Assembly (NCBI GenBank): GCA_964534375.1
Contig: CAZHPN010000070.1
Span: forward strand, 1 to 27,290
Reading direction: 5' to 3'
Source of the DNA: an uncultured bacterium
GTDB lineage: Bacteria; Lernaellota; Lernaellaia; Lernaellales; Lernaellaceae
DNA length: 27,290 nt
Shown here: positions 26,601 to 27,290 of the stretch, one piece after another
Layout of the letters: every line of letters begins with the position of its first letter
How positions within the stretch are numbered: the stretch's first letter is position 1
Notes under the pieces: model-generated
Seen by the model: the letters and a program-made list of their open reading frames with translations, nothing else
The model's database searches: none
Told to the model about the DNA's origin: nothing
Made by a program: the position numbers and the translations under genes

Positions 26601-27145
26601 GGCAGATCCGCGCCCTGCCCGGCCCGGCCGGCCGCACGCCGATCATCGCGCTCACCGCCAACGCCATGGGCGGCGACCGCGAAAAATGCCTCGCCGCCGG
26701 CATGAACGATTACCTCAGCAAACCGGTGATGAAAAACGACTTGCAGCGGCTGCTGACCCGCTGGGCCCCGATTGTCGCCGCCGCGCCGGCCACCGTCGCG
26801 GTGGACAAGTCCGTGTTCGACATGCCGGTCGCGCTCGAGCGCTTCAACGGCGATGCGCCGCTGCTCCACGATCTAATCGATTTGTTCCTGAGTCAGGCGC
26901 CGGCCCGGACCGAGAAAATCGCCGAGGCGATCGCCGTCCAGGATTTCGCGCAATTGCAGCAAATCGCCCATTCGCTCAAGGGCGGTTCGTCCTACATCAG
27001 CGCCACGCGCGTCACCGACGCCGCCTTGCGGCTCGAAGGGGCCGCGAAGGCCGCCGATCTCGCCCTCGCGCGCTCCGTGTTCGCGGAGCTTCGCACCGAG
27101 GTCGAGCGCCTGCGCGGGGCGGTCGCCGCCGCGTTCCCGCGCTGA
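23633..27145 (+). CDS. Cytoplasmic hybrid sensor histidine kinase (GAF-GAF-PAS-GAF-HisKA-HATPase-REC-Hpt)
   Basis: H-box [14 protein letters not shown]-box [44 protein letters not shown]; Hpt [21 protein letters not shown]...EDITER; no TM helices. Start ATG 23633 with GAGAGGG RBS. Confidence 0.95.
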   Translation: MLYKTRLELVERLGQVGARLARVADRDDLVQILGDIIRTDIPVDWVGLYLLDPTTRRLVPAGDSPPGPAAISGGPLNRVCRDRMPLLVAGEEAAAVFRTIAAPDAPPAASLLFLPMLDGEDCLGAMGLADARLDRFADLDVALLSFILRQAAAALRNLTDAEQREKRQQELAAIHRAVGESEARFKTARQQVEDLARAQRDLQLALDGAPDLGSAMRAALATVQTAARVDAGALYLIDEKNDLRLAAHQGISAEFAGRAMHYTVDSPNARLAFGDQPTYASVAVLQPEIGDPLRREGLRAVAINPVWREGFAIACLVAGSRHDEEIAPAARHALEALALQIGGFIAKRRAEDALNQSTEFLKKLIDNLPVAIFGKDAAGRFSVWNKASERFYGIPKETVLGKTDYDFFPKDQADFFVRKDRETFEKRDTVDIPEEPIDSLSRGRRTIHTIKVPIYDDQGRPETLLGISEDITERQAALAGLEFREKFKELLMNLSTQFINLSADEIDAGVNGALAAIGRFSEADRALLLLLDAPGAVLTMTNEWCAPGVASSAATATPLQVAEYPMFRDLLAELRVAHVPSVAEMIAATAPERTVLARRNARSGILAPVAHAGKALGFVAFERVREDKAWDDESVDLLRVVGEMFANALTRKRIETELRDAKRAAEAAARAKSDFLATMSHEIRTPLSGMVGMLNLLNETSLSDEQRNYVRMAVVSADSLISIVNDVLDFAKVEAGKLRLESRAANLESELFEVAGIFRAKAEQKGLTLLVMFDPRAPREVFCDRLRLRQVLTNLLDNAIKFTDQGRIVVQADCIRRRRDHADFRVSVTDTGIGIPVDQHAAIFEPFTQGDGSAARRHGGAGLGLSITKHLVEMMGGEIRVESAPDRGATFSITLPFALPKSAFTTVHGDAVLAALQHETAPTEASRRILLAEDNAINQFAAAALLEKLGCRPVCVEDGAQAVALATAERFDAIFMDVQMPGMDGYEAARQIRALPGPAGRTPIIALTANAMGGDREKCLAAGMNDYLSKPVMKNDLQRLLTRWAPIVAAAPATVAVDKSVFDMPVALERFNGDAPLLHDLIDLFLSQAPARTEKIAEAIAVQDFAQLQQIAHSLKGGSSYISATRVTDAALRLEGAAKAADLALARSVFAELRTEVERLRGAVAAAFPR

Positions 27146-27290
27146 GGCGCGCGGCGAAAAGCCCGGGAATTATGGGAACGATGCGATAATTGAACCCAGC
27201 GGCTTAAATTTCAGGCAACAAATTGTGCAGGCAATCCCCTAGCCCAACTTCGCCAGTTCAGGGGTCGTGATTCTGTAAATTCGCATACTT

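Noticed and set aside
2736..26869. Very long antisense ORFs (e.g. 2736-5540, 5762-7945, 9163-11376, 11763-13229, 23573-26869)
   Set aside because: They lie opposite genes with clear family motifs and have the Arg/Gly/His-rich, motif-free composition typical of shadow ORFs in high-GC DNA.
1..27290. CRISPR array, tRNA/rRNA, transposase or integrase
   Set aside because: No regularly spaced repeats, cloverleaf or rRNA signatures, or recombinase motifs were seen by eye.

Overview
GC-rich window from a diderm bacterium (TonB-dependent receptor, lipoproteins, outer-membrane barrel). The gene style is reminiscent of Myxococcota/deltaproteobacteria-like lineages, which is inference only. About 18 CDSs. 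Left to right: a minus-strand pair of an acetoacetate-decarboxylase-superfamily (ADC) protein and a ketopantoate-reductase-like protein (cut by the window edge, absent from the ORF track); a standalone outer-membrane beta-barrel gene with a clear terminator; a ~200 bp highly self-complementary intergenic element; a sigma70-type operon of a membrane-embedded spermidine-synthase-like protein, TonB-dependent receptor, lipoprotein and GNAT; a second operon of an ATC-hydrolase-like protein, a second ADC protein and two acyl-CoA dehydrogenases, one lacking the catalytic Glu; a B12-binding radical SAM enzyme with a GT-C-like membrane protein; a ~1000 aa lipoprotein with internal Ig/macroglobulin-like repeats plus a small membrane protein; a membrane-anchored trihaem cytochrome c; a GH38 alpha-mannosidase; and a divergent cytoplasmic GAF/PAS hybrid histidine kinase with REC and Hpt. 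No rRNA, tRNA, CRISPR array or transposase was seen. All family calls come from motif recognition by eye, not from database searches.
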